Of a stretch of 64,000 nt of DNA, positions 45,112 to 58,953 are shown one piece after another. Source of the stretch: the human T2T-CHM13v2.0 reference genome, Homo sapiens; assembly GCF_009914755.1 (NCBI RefSeq), contig NC_060940.1; one strand, 5' to 3'. The position numbers were made by a program, and so were the translations under genes. Each line of letters begins with the position of its first letter. Position 1 is the first letter of the stretch. The notes beneath the pieces are model-generated. The model was not told the origin of the DNA, did not search any database, and saw only the letters and a program-made list of their open reading frames with translations.

Positions 45112-45541
45112 GGTGCCAGCCACAAATGCTGGGCATGGATACTGGCCCACAGATGCTGGCCACAGATGCTGGCCACGGATGCCAGTCACAAAATGCTGGC
45201 CACAAATGCCAGCCCACAGATGCTGGCCAGAGATGCCAGCCACAAATGCTGGACATGGATACTGGCCCACAGATGCTGGCCACAGATGCTGGCCATGGAT
45301 GCCAGTTACAAAATGCTGGCCACAAATGCCAGCCCACAGATGCTGGCCATGGATGCCAGCCACAAATGCTGGGCATGGATACTGGCCCACAGATGCTGGC
45401 CACCAATGCCAGTCAGAAATGCTGGCCAAAGATGCCAGTCACAAAATGCTGGCCACAAATGCCAGCCCACAGATGCTGGCCACAGATGCCAGACACAAAA
45501 TGCTGGCCACAAATGCCAGCCCACAGATGCCAGCCACAGCT
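45112..45541. repeat. Minisatellite with a ~13-bp base unit and 120-bp and 54-bp higher-order periods
   Basis: Lines starting at 45121, 45241 and 45361 are near-identical; unit gatgctggccaca / atgccagccaca. Confidence 0.95.
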
Positions 45542-48500
45542 GTTTATAGGCTGCCACTATTCTGTGCAAAGACAGCCTGGACTCCCACCCGGACAGTGAC
45601 TCCCTTAGACCTTTTCCCATTGTCCTTCTCTCAAAATCCGCACCCCTCCTAGGAGGCTGGGAGTTTATGTCCTGTCTGCCGCGTGCCCTGAAAGAGTCAC
45701 CAAGGGGGAAGGTATCTGACGGAGGTGTGCTAACGGTTGTATCCTGCCCAGCATGTTAGAAGACACCCCCCCAATACAATGCCCACCTCTGTTGGCACAG
45801 ATGGGCAGGCGGCCGAGGAAAGAGACTTAAGAACTGGTTGCTTCTCACTGTTCTACTCCTCTTCTTAAACACTCCCCTAATCCAATTCCCACCCCCAAGT
45901 AGTCCATGTCTCTGAGAGGGCTCCCAGGTTCCAACACCTGCCTAACGAGAAGGGAGCCAAATAAAGCCCCTGCCTGCTGGCCAAGGTGGGGCTGGTGTGC
46001 TGTTGGCTGGAGGAAGGAAGCGCATCTCCCCAGACTCACTCTGCTTATCAGGGTGATGGGGGAACATGGGCTGGGTGAGGAAATTCCCACCCGGGGGACA
46101 CCCCGAACAACGTTCCAGGATGGGCTCTATGGCCCCTGGCCGCCCACTGCGCCATCTGTGAGGAATGTGACACTCCCAGCACGGTCAGTGGCTGACCAGG
46201 GCCATCTGTCTTCATTACATGGGTTTGTTTGGAGGAGGTGAGCACTGGGGGCTGTCACGGCTGAGGAAGGCTGATCTATTGGCAGAGGTGCTTTGAAGCC
46301 TCCTCAAGGTTGCAGCTCTGCAGACCACAGCACGCGGATGCAGTCCCAGGCACCTTCCTACACAATGGGGGATTTCTAGTCCTGGGGCTCCAGGGAGAAC
46401 TCCTCCCTGGGGGAGTCGGGTGTGGACTCGGACACTGCCCTCTGCTCACTCGTCTCCTTCCACCTGGTTCATTTGTATTGAGCACCTACTATGGAAAGGT
46501 ACAACCCAGGCACTGAGGGCAGAACCCTGGGGAGTCTCCTAATCTGGGGGGAGGAACGAAGTCTGAAAAAAATCCCTGGATTCCCAGAGTGGGAGGAGAA
46601 CACCAAGGACAATGAAGCAGGATCGTGGGACAGACAGTGGGACTTCAGGGCCAGCAGTCAGGGCAGCCCTCTTTGGGGGCCCCATTTGAATTCAGATCTC
46701 AGAAACTCCTGGAGAGATAGCATTACGTGAGAATCCGTGTGTCTGTCACTCTGAGTCAGCCTTCAAGCCCCAGCCTTTCTTGCCTCTGAGGCCTCTGCCT
46801 GAACCACCAGCCTCAGTTTCCTTGTTTGCAAAATAGGCACGATAAATACACCTAACTCCTAGAGGTGCTTGGAGGGTTGAGTGAGATCAAGCATGCCCAG
46901 CATGTGGCCCACGGCGAGACCCGGGGAAATGCCAGCTGCAGTTACCATGACTGTGTGAGAATCTCCACATTTAATCTGTGGGTGAGGACACGCCAACGGG
47001 AGAGAAGCTCTGCTGTCTTGGGCAGGGAGGAAAGTCAGGACCCCTTTGTCCTGTTCCTTGGGATAGCATGATATTACTAGTGGATGATTCCAAGTGGAAG
47101 AAAGCCTTTCCTTGGAGTAGGGACCCTAGCATCATTTTCCTCTTTGGCAAGGCCTCCCAGAGTCACCAAGAGGAGAACAAACCCACAGCGATGTCCTGGA
47201 GAGAGGCTGCAGCTAGAGAAACAGGGAATCCGCTGACATGCCGGGTGATGACTATTGTTTTAATTCTAGTGACTCGCATCACTAGACTTCCGGGGTTAGA
47301 ATCCTGGCTCGATCCCACATGAGGGTGAGACAAGACAAGTTACCTATCTCCCTGAACCTCAATGCAGTCACCCGTAAAAAGGGCCCAGTCGCCCTGCACA
47401 CAGGGGGCTTACAAAGATTGAATTAAAAGAAGGGAAGCATGTGCCCGGCACGTCGCGGGCACGCTGTCAGTCTGCTTTCTGTTTTCCCTTTCCCTTTTCC
47501 CTCCCTTCCTTCTCCTGTGGCTCACCCCTCCTTTTTTCTTAAATCACTAAAATATATTGCAGAGGCACTCAAAAACTGCTAGACGTGACCAGCAAGGACA
47601 GGGAAAGCAACGACTTCAAAGTGAGGGTCAGAGTTTGTCTCCTCTGTCTGCAGAAGGAGATTGGGGTTACGACGGGAAGTCTGAAATATAAGCTCCGAAC
47701 GTTGCATTTTACATCCAGTCTTGCGGGTGCCTGTGCTCCACGCCCTCCCAAAGCCAGGCCCCTGAGCTGAGCGGCTTCAGAAAGTAGAGCCCCTCTGTCT
47801 TTGGTATCAAGGGGCGGGGACCGTTATCATCCACTGAACAATCGAGCACTTACTGCCTGGCAAGCCCCTTGAGCTGTGCGGGCTCCAGTGCACGGATCCC
47901 TCCCGTCAGTAGGACTCGGGGACCACCCACACCCCTCTTTCACTGCCGGAGAAACCAAGGCACAGAGAAGAAACGAAGCCCCATTCCAAGGGTAAGCTGC
48001 TGCCAAAATCCACCAGTCATCCCAGCCTGCAAGGTCCAGCATGGGACTTTTCCATTTCCCACCAGATGTTAGTTGAACAGAGTGAGCCACGCCAGGCTGT
48101 AAAACAAATCCCAGCGTTCCCTGCAGCCGCGCAGGAATTATATTCGCCTGTCAGGGCCCAGTGCAAGCATAACACAGACCTCCTCTCCCCTCGCCCAGCG
48201 TGGAAGGCGTTTTGACCCCCGCTGAGAAACATGAAGGTCGTGACCCACTGGCTTCCCCATCTGCCCTTTCCTCACCAGGGGATATCTGACAACAGCCCTG
48301 TTATTTATGCAGCTTAATGCAATCCAGAGGCCATTGGCACATTGCAGAAAGAGGGAGAAAGGAGGGGTGCCTGGCTCCTCAGAACCCGGTTTCACTGGCT
48401 GCGTGTTGAGCCTGACATCAGACTGGTACGGGGAGGACAGGATGGTGGCTTTCTGCAGCAGGGAGCCTCCGAGGTGGCTCTTCCTGGATGCAAACTTGAG

Positions 48501-50071
48501 CAAACCAACAAATATTTACCCAGGCTCTGCTGGGTTCAAGGCGTATTTTCACAGGGTAGCATCGTTAGCAGGCACTCAGGGAACATTCCTGGATTAATTC
48601 TCTTCCGGGAGTTGTGCAGACTGGGCTGTACTGGCTCCCTGGAGCCGGCATTTCTGTGGGCGTGATGATGTCCGATCATTTGTAGCACACCACAATACTT
48701 CCAAGGAAGAGCTAAGAAACTGGCTCTTCCTGGAAGCAAAGTTAAGTTGCATTTTTTAAGGGAATTTTTTTTCTCTCCATAAATTTATCCTCTCTTATGA
48801 CTCAACCAAGACACACAGAGTCACAATTACTTAACACTGAGACGCTAGTTTGTTTTTCTATGTTTTGTTGAAAGGACACAATGAACAGTCATGGACAGAC
48901 CTCACCAGAGCATCACACAGACCTGGGTGTGACTCCTGGCCTCACCATATACTAGGTCTGTGATTTGGGTAGGTTGCTTGACGGTCCCTCACTAGAAAAA
49001 TGGGACCAGAATAGGACTTGGCCCTATACAGTGGGGGCCCATTAGAGATGAGGGTGCAGATATCCCCGCATGGACTCTGCCCCAGAGCAGGCTTTATGGA
49101 CTGGTGCCTGTCATCTTCTTCATTCTCATCTCCAGTTGAAGGCCATGTGGCAACAGAGTTGAACACGCAGAAGACAGAGCTCAGTGGCCTGGGTTCAAAT
49201 CCCAGCTCTGCCCTTTGTCAGCTGTGTGACTTGGGGTGGATTACTTAACCTCTCTGTGTGTCTTGGTTGGCTTCCTCATCTGCAGTACTGGGATAATAAT
49301 GGCTGTGAAGATCAAACTCATTCATAAATGCAAAGTTTGTCTTGCATTTACTGGCCAACTGGCTCATAGCTAGTTGGTCATTATTGCCATTACAGGGAGA
49401 GCTGCTATTCTGGAGTGTTTGATTTAAAATTATTTAAAAATATTTATTGCACACAAAATAGCCCAGCAGACATGAAAACAATAAAAAGAAAAAGAAAACT
49501 AAAAACTTCCATCTTATTTTAAGATATTTTTGTAATATGTTGATGTTTTCGTGGCTTTAACATCAGCTATTCTTGTCATCATTTTAGGGAGAATGTTTAT
49601 TTTCTAAGCCCTCGATTTAAACTCATTTAAAAATATTTATTGCACAAACAATAGTGTGTAAAAACTACTGATAATTTAAAAAATCCGTTCTAATAAATCT
49701 TGTTTTAAGGTGTTTTTGGAATTTGCAGAAGTTTTTGTATCTTTTGCCACAAAATAGCTTCTGGAGCTGTTCATGTGGACAAACACCAGCTTAGAAAATA
49801 TGCTGCGTGTGGCTTGGGCTGGGCTGTTCTCTTCTGCGTGGGACACCTCGCACCCATGCCCTGGGCACCGCAGATGATTGGGTGTCCACCTGTGAGTCCG
49901 TGACAGTGTTGCGTGGACTCAGAAACTCAACATTACAGCATCACTTCAGGATTTTGGTTTTCAATGTCATGTATTCTCAAGCCTTTATTCCTCCTTCTCT
50001 CCTGGGATAGTGATGACCTGTAATCGTCACTTGCTCAGAATTGATCATTCACGAAATATTTAAATGAAAAG

Positions 50072-50110
50072 TGATTGCAAAACCTCAATTACTTTTGCAC
50101 CGACCTAATC
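50072..50110. mobile_element. MADE1/Hsmar1 solo terminal inverted repeat
   Basis: gcaaaacctcaattacttttgcaccgacctaat matches the mariner TIR AAAACCGCAATTACTTTTGCACCAACCTAA. Confidence 0.8.
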
Positions 50111-51670
50111 ATTGGCTGCCGCGGGCTCTGTGGGACCACATCTACGAATGTATCGTTCATGGCCGTTGTTCCTTGTGGAATGTGACCCTGTGCAGGCAGG
50201 GATTTGATCTTTTGTGTACGGCAACATCCTCTGTGCTAGGACAGAGCGGGGGAACTTAGGAGGAGCTCCACAAATAATCGTGAATTTATGAATGCAACAA
50301 CAAAAGAATGAAGACTGAAATAAACCTTATGAATAGGGTACTTTCTGTGAGTTTTTTACAGAGTACCTTTTTGGCTAGAACATTTCTTAAGAGTTTTTTT
50401 TTTTTAACTCGAAGTAATCTGGAATTTAATTTACTTAAAGTAATATATATGTATATTATTGTATACATATGTATACAAAATATATATGTATATATTAATA
50501 TAAATGTAATAGGTATTGGGGCAACATTTTATATTTTTAAGTGATTTTACATCCATGTTCATCTCCTTTAAAACCCCATGTGCTAAGTACAGCAAATAGG
50601 ATTTTGTTTCCCCGACGTCCAGGCTGAGTGCAGCCAGATGGGATGACTTGACAAAGTCACAAACGCTGACAAATCCCGGCGGGGGAGTTGTGGCTTCCTC
50701 CAAAGGAAGGTAGGTCTGTGTTTGTCAATTGATCAGCTCAGCGGTGGCCCTGAGTGAGGCCGTGAGGAAAGTAACTCCATAGTTTTAATTCTGATGATTA
50801 CTTCCTGAAAAAGGACCCTGCAATGGTGGGTCCAACCTCCTCCTTCCCTCCGTCTCTGCCAGTCGCTCGGTCTCTGTCTGTGCTCCCCTCCAGCTGCCTG
50901 TCCCTCCCCCTCAATGGGGGCTTAGGGGCCCAGCTCACCACTCACGCTCCCACAACGTCCAGCGTCCATGCCTGCAGCCTGTTTCCTGGGAATTTCAGTC
51001 CATGTGGAGCAAGAGGCCAGTCTCCTGCTCTGAGCCCAGGAGGGCACGTCCTCCGCCAGCTCTCAGCACTGGCTCTGCTTCCTGTTTACTTCTGCAAGTA
51101 GCTGCGATTGTGGGGTCTGCAGCCAGCCCTGTGGTCCGAAGCCAGCCAGGCTCAAGGGGTTATCATCCTATCAGCCGAGATAGGCTGGCGGGCTCTGCCA
51201 TCTGTCAACTGTCTTCTGATGTAATTGAAAGTTCTCTGTCCTGGAATGTCATCTTATTAGGTGGATCAGGCCTTGACGTGTTAACTGGAGAGTTTCTGCA
51301 GGGCTCAGCTAGTTATTTTATTTTTTCAAAATTAAGAGGCATACAGTCTTTTAAAAATCTCATAACAAGTTCTTATGAAAATTTTCCAAAAAATCATCAG
51401 AGCGTAAAGAAAAAAGGAATGGTCACCCAAAACCTCATCACTCCAAAATAATATGCTGGTAACGTTTCATTAAACCTCTGTCTATGCAAATTATATCCAG
51501 AGAGATTCATGTGTATGTTTCAAAAATGGAATCAGATTTCCCATGCTGCTGTTGACCTGCTTTTCTTTTTGATGCCACAATATGGCACGGATGTGTCTCC
51601 ATGTCAATAAATACAGATTTACATCATCTATAAATAGTTGTATAGCATTCTCCAGGTGTGGCATTTAGAC

Positions 51671-51701
<31 letters not shown>

Positions 51702-53559
51702 GATATGTTATAAACAACACCACAATGAACATGTTTTGCACATTTGTGTAAATATTTCCTTGGGATCGACGCCTAGAGTTGGGGTAACTGGAGCATGGGG
51801 CATTCACACGTACAGTGACCATCTGAGCAAACTACAAGCAAGGAAGTGCCAATTTTCCTCACACAAACAATCTACACTGGGTCCCAGTTCTCAGCCCTGC
51901 ATCATACCAAGTGCCCAATTCTTTCACTTAGCTACTTCCAGCAGTAGAAAGTAGCATCTCATTGTTGCTCTTTGGTCTTTAAAAAATTACATTGCACATA
52001 TTTATCAGGCATTTATGCACCTGTGAACTAGCCCAGCTACTTAAAATTAGATCCTCATGCTGCAAGAGCTTTAATGGTCAACAGATCCAACCCCACTCCC
52101 AAACCTCCATCCACCCACCATCCACATACTTGGATCATCTCAACTGTTTCTCTCCAAAGACCTGGCCTTGCCTCTGGTCTGTTTGAACACTCCCATCCAC
52201 GGGAGCTCATCGCTGCCTGAGATGGTCCACTGTGTTCCCAGCTCTAATTTATTAACCTATAAAAGCCAGTACATATGGAATAACCATGCTGGGCCAGGAA
52301 CGACGGGAAGCCCTTTGCTGAACAGTGTCTCCAGCCTCAAACAGTGCTGAAAACATGTATCGCTATTTCCTTCTTTGTTCCATCAGGGTCGCGAGATGCA
52401 GAGAGGTTAAGTAACTTGCCAAGGGTCACACAGCTTTAAAGGAGCAGAACAAATAATTGAATGTGAGGAAACCGTGCACCACTTGAAAGGCTCACAGAGG
52501 AAACTTTAAGCTGGTGAGAGATCTAACAAAAATAAAATAATTTCTCAAAGTACAGATTTCTTTAAAGACTTCCTATCCTTCAGGCACTTTATCTTCAGCT
52601 GCCCAAGGATACAGAGCAACTATCAGACACCCATGGGGTCTGGGCTTTGTGTGAGATCTGTGCTAGTCTCTGCAGCTACCAGAAGGCAAGAAGGCCTGGC
52701 CTCGAAGATGTTCCAGTAGACTCGGGTGTCACCGGCCCATGTGCTTATGGCTCACAGATTACCAGGCCAAAAAAAAAAAAAAAAGCCTACCTTAATTGAT
52801 AGAGGTCTCAGATTAGTTCAAAGCATTCACCTCTATTTTTTCCAACTGGGTCTGGTTTCAGAGATTAGATTTTCTAGGTGCAGAAATGCCCTTAGGCAAG
52901 TCAGAGGCCCAATTTGCAATGACCCCACTCGGCCCTCCTATCCTAATGTCCTGCCACTTGAAAACATCATTCTCGGAGTGTCCCATCCTCAGGGCTCTGG
53001 AAGAAAGGCTCTGGCATCAGTCATTCACACTTTAGTATGAATCAGCCCAATAATTTAAATAGCTGGACTCTATGATGAACACATGAATTTTTTTAAGTGG
53101 GTTCATTTATTCATGAGATGGATGTCTGTGATTTGGACAGGAGGCTTCTCAGCTTCCCTCAAATTAATCCTTAAATTTCATCTCACCCTCCCTTTCTGTA
53201 CAACTTACCTTTCTTGAGCACCGATCTGTCCTTCGGATAAACAGGTAACAAGCTATGGGCTGCTTCTCACCTGTGGAAGGTTAGGCCACAGAAATGAAAT
53301 CTTTCGTTAGGTTTCAAAGCAAAACACACAAAACTCAACCAAAAGAAAAAAAGGGGGGCGGGGCGGGGGGGACACAACGATGCCTTTTAATGTAAAGAAC
53401 CTGCCCTGTGGTCCGAATCTTTCTCATCATGAGTCCAGCGTGCAAGGGAGGATGAAGGTGCTGCATGGGCTTCCTCTGGGGCTGGGGACTGCTGGCTGGG
53501 AGCCACCGCAGCTTGCAAACTAAATTTAAAAGCTTGCACCCCAAGACCCTTGAGCAAAG

Positions 53560-54200
53560 GTTACTCGAGGTCTATTCCGGGTTCAGGCGGAAAAAAGAAG
53601 CTTGACTTGGCAAGGAAATGCCTTGTGACGAGGCGCTTGGCTGACCAGGGGCATGGAGGAAAGCTGGGACTCGCTGCGTTTTCTTTTGGCATTTACAGCC
53701 CTGAAAAATGATTGCAGCTTCCTCTGGCCGCAGAGCTGGAGCCTGAAGAGGTGACCTTTAAGGGGAGTCTGTTTACTGCAGCCGCAGGCCCAGGGCCCTT
53801 GCGTGAGCTCCACGAAGTCTGCGCCGGGCCTTGGCACTGACCCTGCGGGGCCTGCAACCCAAACTCACCGGTTTCTGGGAGCTGGTGAGGGGCTGCGCTG
53901 GGGCTGGGGCGAGGCCCCGGCCGTGTGGGGAGACCAGGGGAGCCTCCACGCTGGGCGCCCGGGCAGGGAGCGTGGGGGCGGGCGGGCTCACTGCTTGCTC
54001 CTGGGAACATCCTGCGGGGCAGGTCTGCCTGACCGGCCACCCCATCCTCGGACGCTGAAAACTGTCCTGCAGCCAACTTCAGCCTCTCTTGGCTCTGCAG
54101 ACAAAACGAGGCGATTCGCCTGCATGGGGTACTCCTCTCTCCTTGTGGGCCCTGCCACAAATCGGATACGGATCTCCATCCCCCGGACTTTCACACCGAG
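53560..54200. promoter_or_regulatory. Secondary CpG-rich element (enhancer or antisense promoter)
   Basis: Local GC/CpG peak in unique sequence; GC boxes ggggcgggcggg; tgtttac FOX-like motif. Confidence 0.55.
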
Positions 54201-54677
54201 TTACACAGAGGAGAAAATGGGGATAAAAGTTAAACTGAGAAGCATTCAGAACTCACCCTATAACCGTCTGAAACGAAACCATCCACATAGTTTACGGCAG
54301 ACAAGGAAACTATAATCCGATTTCTCCACTTGGATCTTAAATGTGAAATAAATAAGCACATGTAATGGTATCTGCTATTTTTCAAGAGCATGAATAAAAC
54401 TTGAAGACTTGGATTTAACTTTTTAAAGATGGTTTTGAAACCTTTCTAACTGAAAACAGGATCACTACTCATTTTCTCTTTCTACCCTCATTCAACACTC
54501 TTTTCTTTTAGAGAGACAGTGTTTTTTTAGAATGCTTTGGTTTCTGTTAGGAACATAATACACTTTCTTTGGGGAAAATGTAGGAGACAATGAAAAGAAA
54601 AATAACAGTGACATGAAATTTCACCACTCAGAATTAACCTTGGTTAACATTGCAGTAGATTTCAACCTGTTTTAAAA

Positions 54678-54985
54678 TATATATATGTGTGTGTGTGTGT
54701 ATGTATATATATGTGTATATATGCATATATATGTGTGTGTATTTGTGTGTAAATAAGTGTATATAGGTGTGTACATGTGTATATGTGTGTATATGTGGGT
54801 GTGTACACGTGTATGTGTGTGCAGATATGTGTTTATGTGTGTGTATGTATGTACGTGTGTATGCATGTGCATATGTGGGTGTGTGTATATGTATGTGTAT
54901 ATGTGGGGAGTGTATGTGTGTATGTTTGTATGTATATGTGTAAATTTGTGTGTGTATGTAGATATGTGTGTGTGTGTCTGTGTGT
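54678..54985. repeat. Degenerate (TG/TA)n simple repeat, ~300 bp
   Basis: Visible directly; alternating purine-pyrimidine tract. Confidence 0.9.
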
Positions 54986-57014
54986 TTTCTACAATGCATC
55001 CTTTATAAAACCAGTATCAGGAATTTATATTGTGCTGTTCTCACCTGTCAATATGTCATAAATACTTTGCCAAGTCATTAAAGTTTCCTTATAAACATCA
55101 TTTTGATGATTGCCTAATACACCGACCTGTGGATGTGCCATAGTTTCCTCCACTATTCTCCCATTATAAAAAATGTTTTAAAGTGTACGAACTTCCTTTC
55201 CCAGTGGGGGAAAATGGAATCGCTGGTCTGATCTGGAATGGTTATTTGTGATTTCCTGAAGTTAGGTCAAAAACCATTAGACATTTTTTGTTAACCCAAG
55301 TACCTACTTCCTGGCGGATTCCAAACATTGACCTGATGAAGACCAGGGGAGGGGAGCACCTAGACCTTTGCCTTGGGAGAAGCGAGGTGGGCCCGGAGCT
55401 GACTCTAGGACGATGTCCTTGTGTGAAGGTGGCAAGCCAAGTCACCCCTCAAGGGAGGAAGGAATTGGGGCCCCTGTTCTTAGGTGTTTATGAATCATGA
55501 GCTCCACTGAGAACAAGATGACAGGAAGCCATGGAGCCTGTCTAGAAGAGTCTGTTCCCAGAGTCCACACAAAATTTCAGGGGTTCTCAACCCTTGACCC
55601 CTTATGGAGGCCTTTTGAGATCTCCAGGACCCAGGGTTTAATTACTGGGGACCCTCTGTGACCAGCTCCAAAAGCATCCCTGGATTCCTTTAGTCCATAA
55701 CTCTGGGAAGATCATAAAACACTTTTTTTTTTGAGCACTGAATGTTAACATTTAACAGAGAAAACTTTTGTTTTTGCAGAAGTTGAGAAACTATAAAATT
55801 CTTCCTGAAACCTGAGACTTCGAGCATATCACCAAGGCAAGAGTTACAAAAAAGTGAAACTTTTAGGTAATTTTATGAGTTTTGCAAATCTGCCACAAGC
55901 ATATGTTTAGCACCCTCAGAAGAATTCCAAAAGGAGTATTGCTTCAGCCTGTCAAGAACTAAAATAGTTACACATGTTTATTCCATGTGGTTTGATGTAT
56001 TATAAGCTATTTGATGGAATTAGGAATGACATGGTTCCTTTTACTCTCCATAAAAACATTAGTGCAGCATGTCCTCTGATACTTGTGGTCTTGAGCTGTT
56101 CATTTGTTTCTTCATTCCTTTCGAATGTAATGTTGCATTTTAGTGTTCAGGCTCTGTGGGCGGCACACTGGCTCACCACACACTTGTGTGTGACGTGGGA
56201 AAATTTACCAAGCTCCCCAAAGCCTCAGTTTCTTCATCTATACAATGGGGCACCTGCCTCATGGAACTCTTGTGAACATTAAAGGAAATAAGACATGTAA
56301 ACCACTTAGCACATGGGCTGACATGCGAAGAACATTCTCTGCCTTAATTAGGATTATTTGTTAGTTCTCACCCGAACATCCAGAGATGCAAACAGAAGGT
56401 CGAAATAAAGATCAGTGCCTGAAGGCTTCAGGAAGAGTGGGTGAAATAATGACCACATTTGCATTACTAAAAGTTTGGGGCTAATTATGCTACAATTTCC
56501 TATTATACGTTGAATGAGTTGTCCAGAAGAGAGACAGAAAAAACAAACAAACAAACAAACAAATGAGAAACCATCCACATTCACATATACGAGACAGTTA
56601 AAAATTGGGGGGTAGAAACTTTCTCAAGATGGGTTTCACAAAGCACTAGTCCCATCAGATGCCCCTTGAAGGAATGTCAAGGAGTTTCTCTGGAGAGATC
56701 AGTTTGGGAATGTTGCTCACTCTTCCCTCATCTTGGAGAGTCTTTGTGCACCTGGGCATAGTAAAGGCTCTGAGAAGTCCTGCAGTGAAGAAACTGACGG
56801 GGCTCTGTTAAATCCAGTTTGGGAAAAGGATTCCTACTTTGGAAAAGGCTGAACTCGAGAATGATCCCAAACATCCCCTTCGAATCACAAATGGAGACGA
56901 GGATCAAGGGACACATTTATAAATATCACCACGTGTACACACAATCTTTGACACAGTGCCAGGTAGCAGATGCCTCACAGTCAAGTTCCGGTGAGGCTTT
57001 GAGATTGCTCAACA

Positions 57015-57665
57015 GTTTTGTTGAGAAGTAATTCACATACCATACAATCCACCCATTAAAAAATGCACAATTTGATGGTTTTAGTACATTCCCAGAGTTG
57101 TACAACCCATCACCACAATCAATTTTAGAACATTTTATCACTTCGAAAGGAAGCCAGTACTCACTAATAGTCACTCCTCCACTCCTCCCTCCACAACCCC
57201 TGGCAACCACGCATCTACTTTCTATCTCTAAGGATTTCCCTGTTCTATGGACTTTTCATAGAAATGGAATCACACACCCTGTGGTCTTTTGTGTCTGGCC
57301 TGTTTCACTGAGCACCATATTTCCAGAGTTCATCCTGCCACAGCATGTATCAGCCCTTCATTCCTTTTTTACGGTTGCACAATACTCCATTGTAAGGAGA
57401 GACTGCCTTTTATCTACGTATCAATCAATGGGCATTTGGATTGTCTCCATCTCTTGGCTATTATGAGTAAGGCTGCTGTGAACGTCTGTGCCCATGTTTT
57501 TGTATGGGCATGTGTCTTCGTTTCTCTTACGTAAATACCTAGGAGTAAAATTGCTGAGTCATAGGGTCACTCTAGGTTTAACATTTCGAATAACTGCCCA
57601 AATGTTTCCCAAAGAGTCTGTACCATTTTATAACCTTACTGGCAATGTATGAGGGTTCCAAATTT
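57015..57665 (-). mobile_element. L1MB-type 3' fragment
   Basis: 'taattcacataccatacaat...caattttagaacatttt...ggcaaccac...atggaatc...aaatacctaggagtaaaattgctg'. Confidence 0.85.
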
Positions 57666-58644
57666 TGAGTTTGCTTTCGATCAAATACCTGGCACAAAGC
57701 AGTATGCTTGTTGATTAATCCAAATTATTTTAAAAATTCTCATACTTAAATGACAATTGCCTAGTGTCAGGGAGTGTACTAAACACTCTGTGTATCATAA
57801 CTCACTTCATCTTCACAACAACCCTAACAGGTAACCGTATTGTCCTCCCCTCCAGGCAGATGGGGAAACAGAGGCCCAGAGAGGCTCAACAGCTCATCCC
57901 GGGTGATGTGGCTTGTGAGCAGTGGATGGAGGGATCAAACCCAGAAGTTCAGCTCCACAGCCCAAGCCCTCAGGAGCTCTGTTGGAATCCTAATGTGTTC
58001 TAACTTTTCTCTTCTAAACTGTAAAAAAAAATAACTATTGACAAACACTTATAAAATTCAAAAGAGGTAACTCCTCCTGTGGAATGCAGGAAGCTAGAGG
58101 ACTGGGTAGAATGTGCTGATTATGAAGAGGTGGATAAACTGTGATGAGTTTACACAATTCACACCTTCTTTGGGGAAAGATATTCAAATCAACTCATCCA
58201 TGAGGCACAGGCAGAACTCAGGCTGATGGTTGCTTCTCCGTCTTCAGACTTCTCTAGAAATGGATGGAAGGTGCTGTCTAGCAGCAAGCAGCAGCACGGG
58301 GGCTCGAGCCCTCAAACTCCCCGGTCAGACTCTGCAGGTCAACCCTGGCCCTGCCCTTTCTGTGCTGTGCTGCGCAACCTCTGTGAGCTCCCAAGCCAAT
58401 TTCCTCCCCTCCAGACCGGGCCAGTGGTACCCCCTGCCTAAGGTTGTGCCATGATGATGGTGAGCTAATCAACGCAAATGGATCATGGTCCCCGCCCAGC
58501 GGAGTAACCACCCCCTGTGTAGTTGCAACCCTTGTTATTCTAATGAACTCCAGTCTTGAACCCCAGGTCTAGGGAGAGGCCTGACCACTCACCCACTCTA
58601 TCAAGAGGCCTGTCCCCATCTGGGAAATGTTTTTAAAAATTTGG

Positions 58645-58953
58645 GGCTGGGTGCGGTGGCTCACTCTGTAATGCAAGCACTTTGAGAGGCTAAGGCAGGA
58701 GGATCTCTTGAGCTCAGGAGTTTAAGACCAGCCTGGGCAACACCGCAAGACCTCATCTCTGTAAAAAATTTAAAATTAGTTGGCATGGTGGCACACACCT
58801 GTAGTCCTATCTACTCAGGAGGCTGAGGTGACAGGATCATTTGTGCCCGGGAAATGGAGGCTGTGGGGAACCGTGATCAGACCACTACACTCCGGCCTGG
58901 GCAACAGAGCAAGGGCTGGTCTCACACAAAAAAAAAAAAAAAAAAAAAAAAAA
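58645..58953 (+). mobile_element. AluJ-like element
   Basis: ggctgggtgcggtggctcac...ttgagctcaggagttt...polyA. Confidence 0.92.

Noticed and set aside
44319-45652. 426-aa and overlapping ORFs as real protein-coding genes
   Set aside because: Length is explained by a stop-poor minisatellite that is open on both strands; no recognisable domain
54634-55061. His/Thr- and Val/Cys-rich ORFs
   Set aside because: Translations of the (TG/CA)n simple repeat
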